DNA of 64,000 nt from an uncultured bacterium (lineage in GTDB: Bacteria > Armatimonadota > HRBIN16): assembly GCA_964650005.1 (NCBI GenBank), contig CAZYPZ010000023.1, positions 6,288 through 70,287 on the forward strand, in the 5' to 3' direction. The notes below the pieces were generated by a model. That model was not told where the DNA came from, ran no database searches, and was given only the letters and a program-made list of their open reading frames with translations. Below, in pieces: positions 63,990-64,000 of the stretch. The position numbers and the translations under genes are program-made. Position 1 is the stretch's first letter. Every line of letters begins with the position of its first letter.

Positions 63990-64000
63990 CTCCTGCCGGA

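Noticed and set aside
1-64000. Searched for tRNA/rRNA genes, CRISPR arrays, IS elements and integrases
   Set aside because: I saw no cloverleaf-like or rRNA-like segments, no repeat-spacer arrays, and no transposase, integrase or recombinase ORFs. The window appears to be core chromosome with one compositionally odd gene (41582..43579).

Overview
This is a high-GC (roughly 65%) bacterial chromosomal segment with dense coding on both strands and frequent 4-nt ATGA/GTGA start-stop overlaps. I found no rRNA, tRNA, CRISPR array or transposase.

From left to right the window contains:
- A partial P-II-like gene, two TPR proteins, then ruvB, ruvA and hisG.
- A prepilin-type DUF1559 (H-X9-DG) protein, a GH-A-like hydrolase, a PHP histidinol phosphatase and nadB.
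- An uncharacterised, translationally coupled three-gene module: a soluble TIM-barrel-like protein, a 661-aa polytopic membrane protein, and a DUF2723/GT-C-like membrane protein with C-terminal TPR repeats.
- mutS.
- A roughly 13.5-kb single-orientation type IV pilus supercluster: three pilins, a giant PilX/GspK-like protein, and PilM, PilN, PilO, PilP, PilQ, PilB, PilT, PilC.
- A tetR - URO-D-family - glutathione peroxidase unit with a perfect palindromic operator.
- A long minus-strand run: M48 peptidase, FemAB-like protein, hflX, dapL-like aminotransferase, a compositionally atypical 665-aa hypothetical protein, dapF, miaA, and a radical-SAM/SPASM protein plus two SAM methyltransferases plus a thioredoxin-like protein.
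- A GH3 beta-glucosidase.

The most interesting region is the 3' end: a Wood-Ljungdahl CODH/ACS cluster with an unusual layout.
- Gene order is cooC, a single-domain MetE-like (core-MetE-like) methyltransferase, a second cooC/acsF, cooS/acsA, acsB, acsC, RACo.
- The ACS beta subunit (acsB) is fused, through a roughly 160-aa Ala/Pro-rich linker, to the corrinoid Fe-S protein small subunit (AcsD).
- No AcsE methyltransferase lies inside the window.
- An AT-rich region upstream carries three TACCA(A/G)ATG(CCC) direct repeats.

All functional calls rest on sequence motifs I recognised by eye. No database searches were run.
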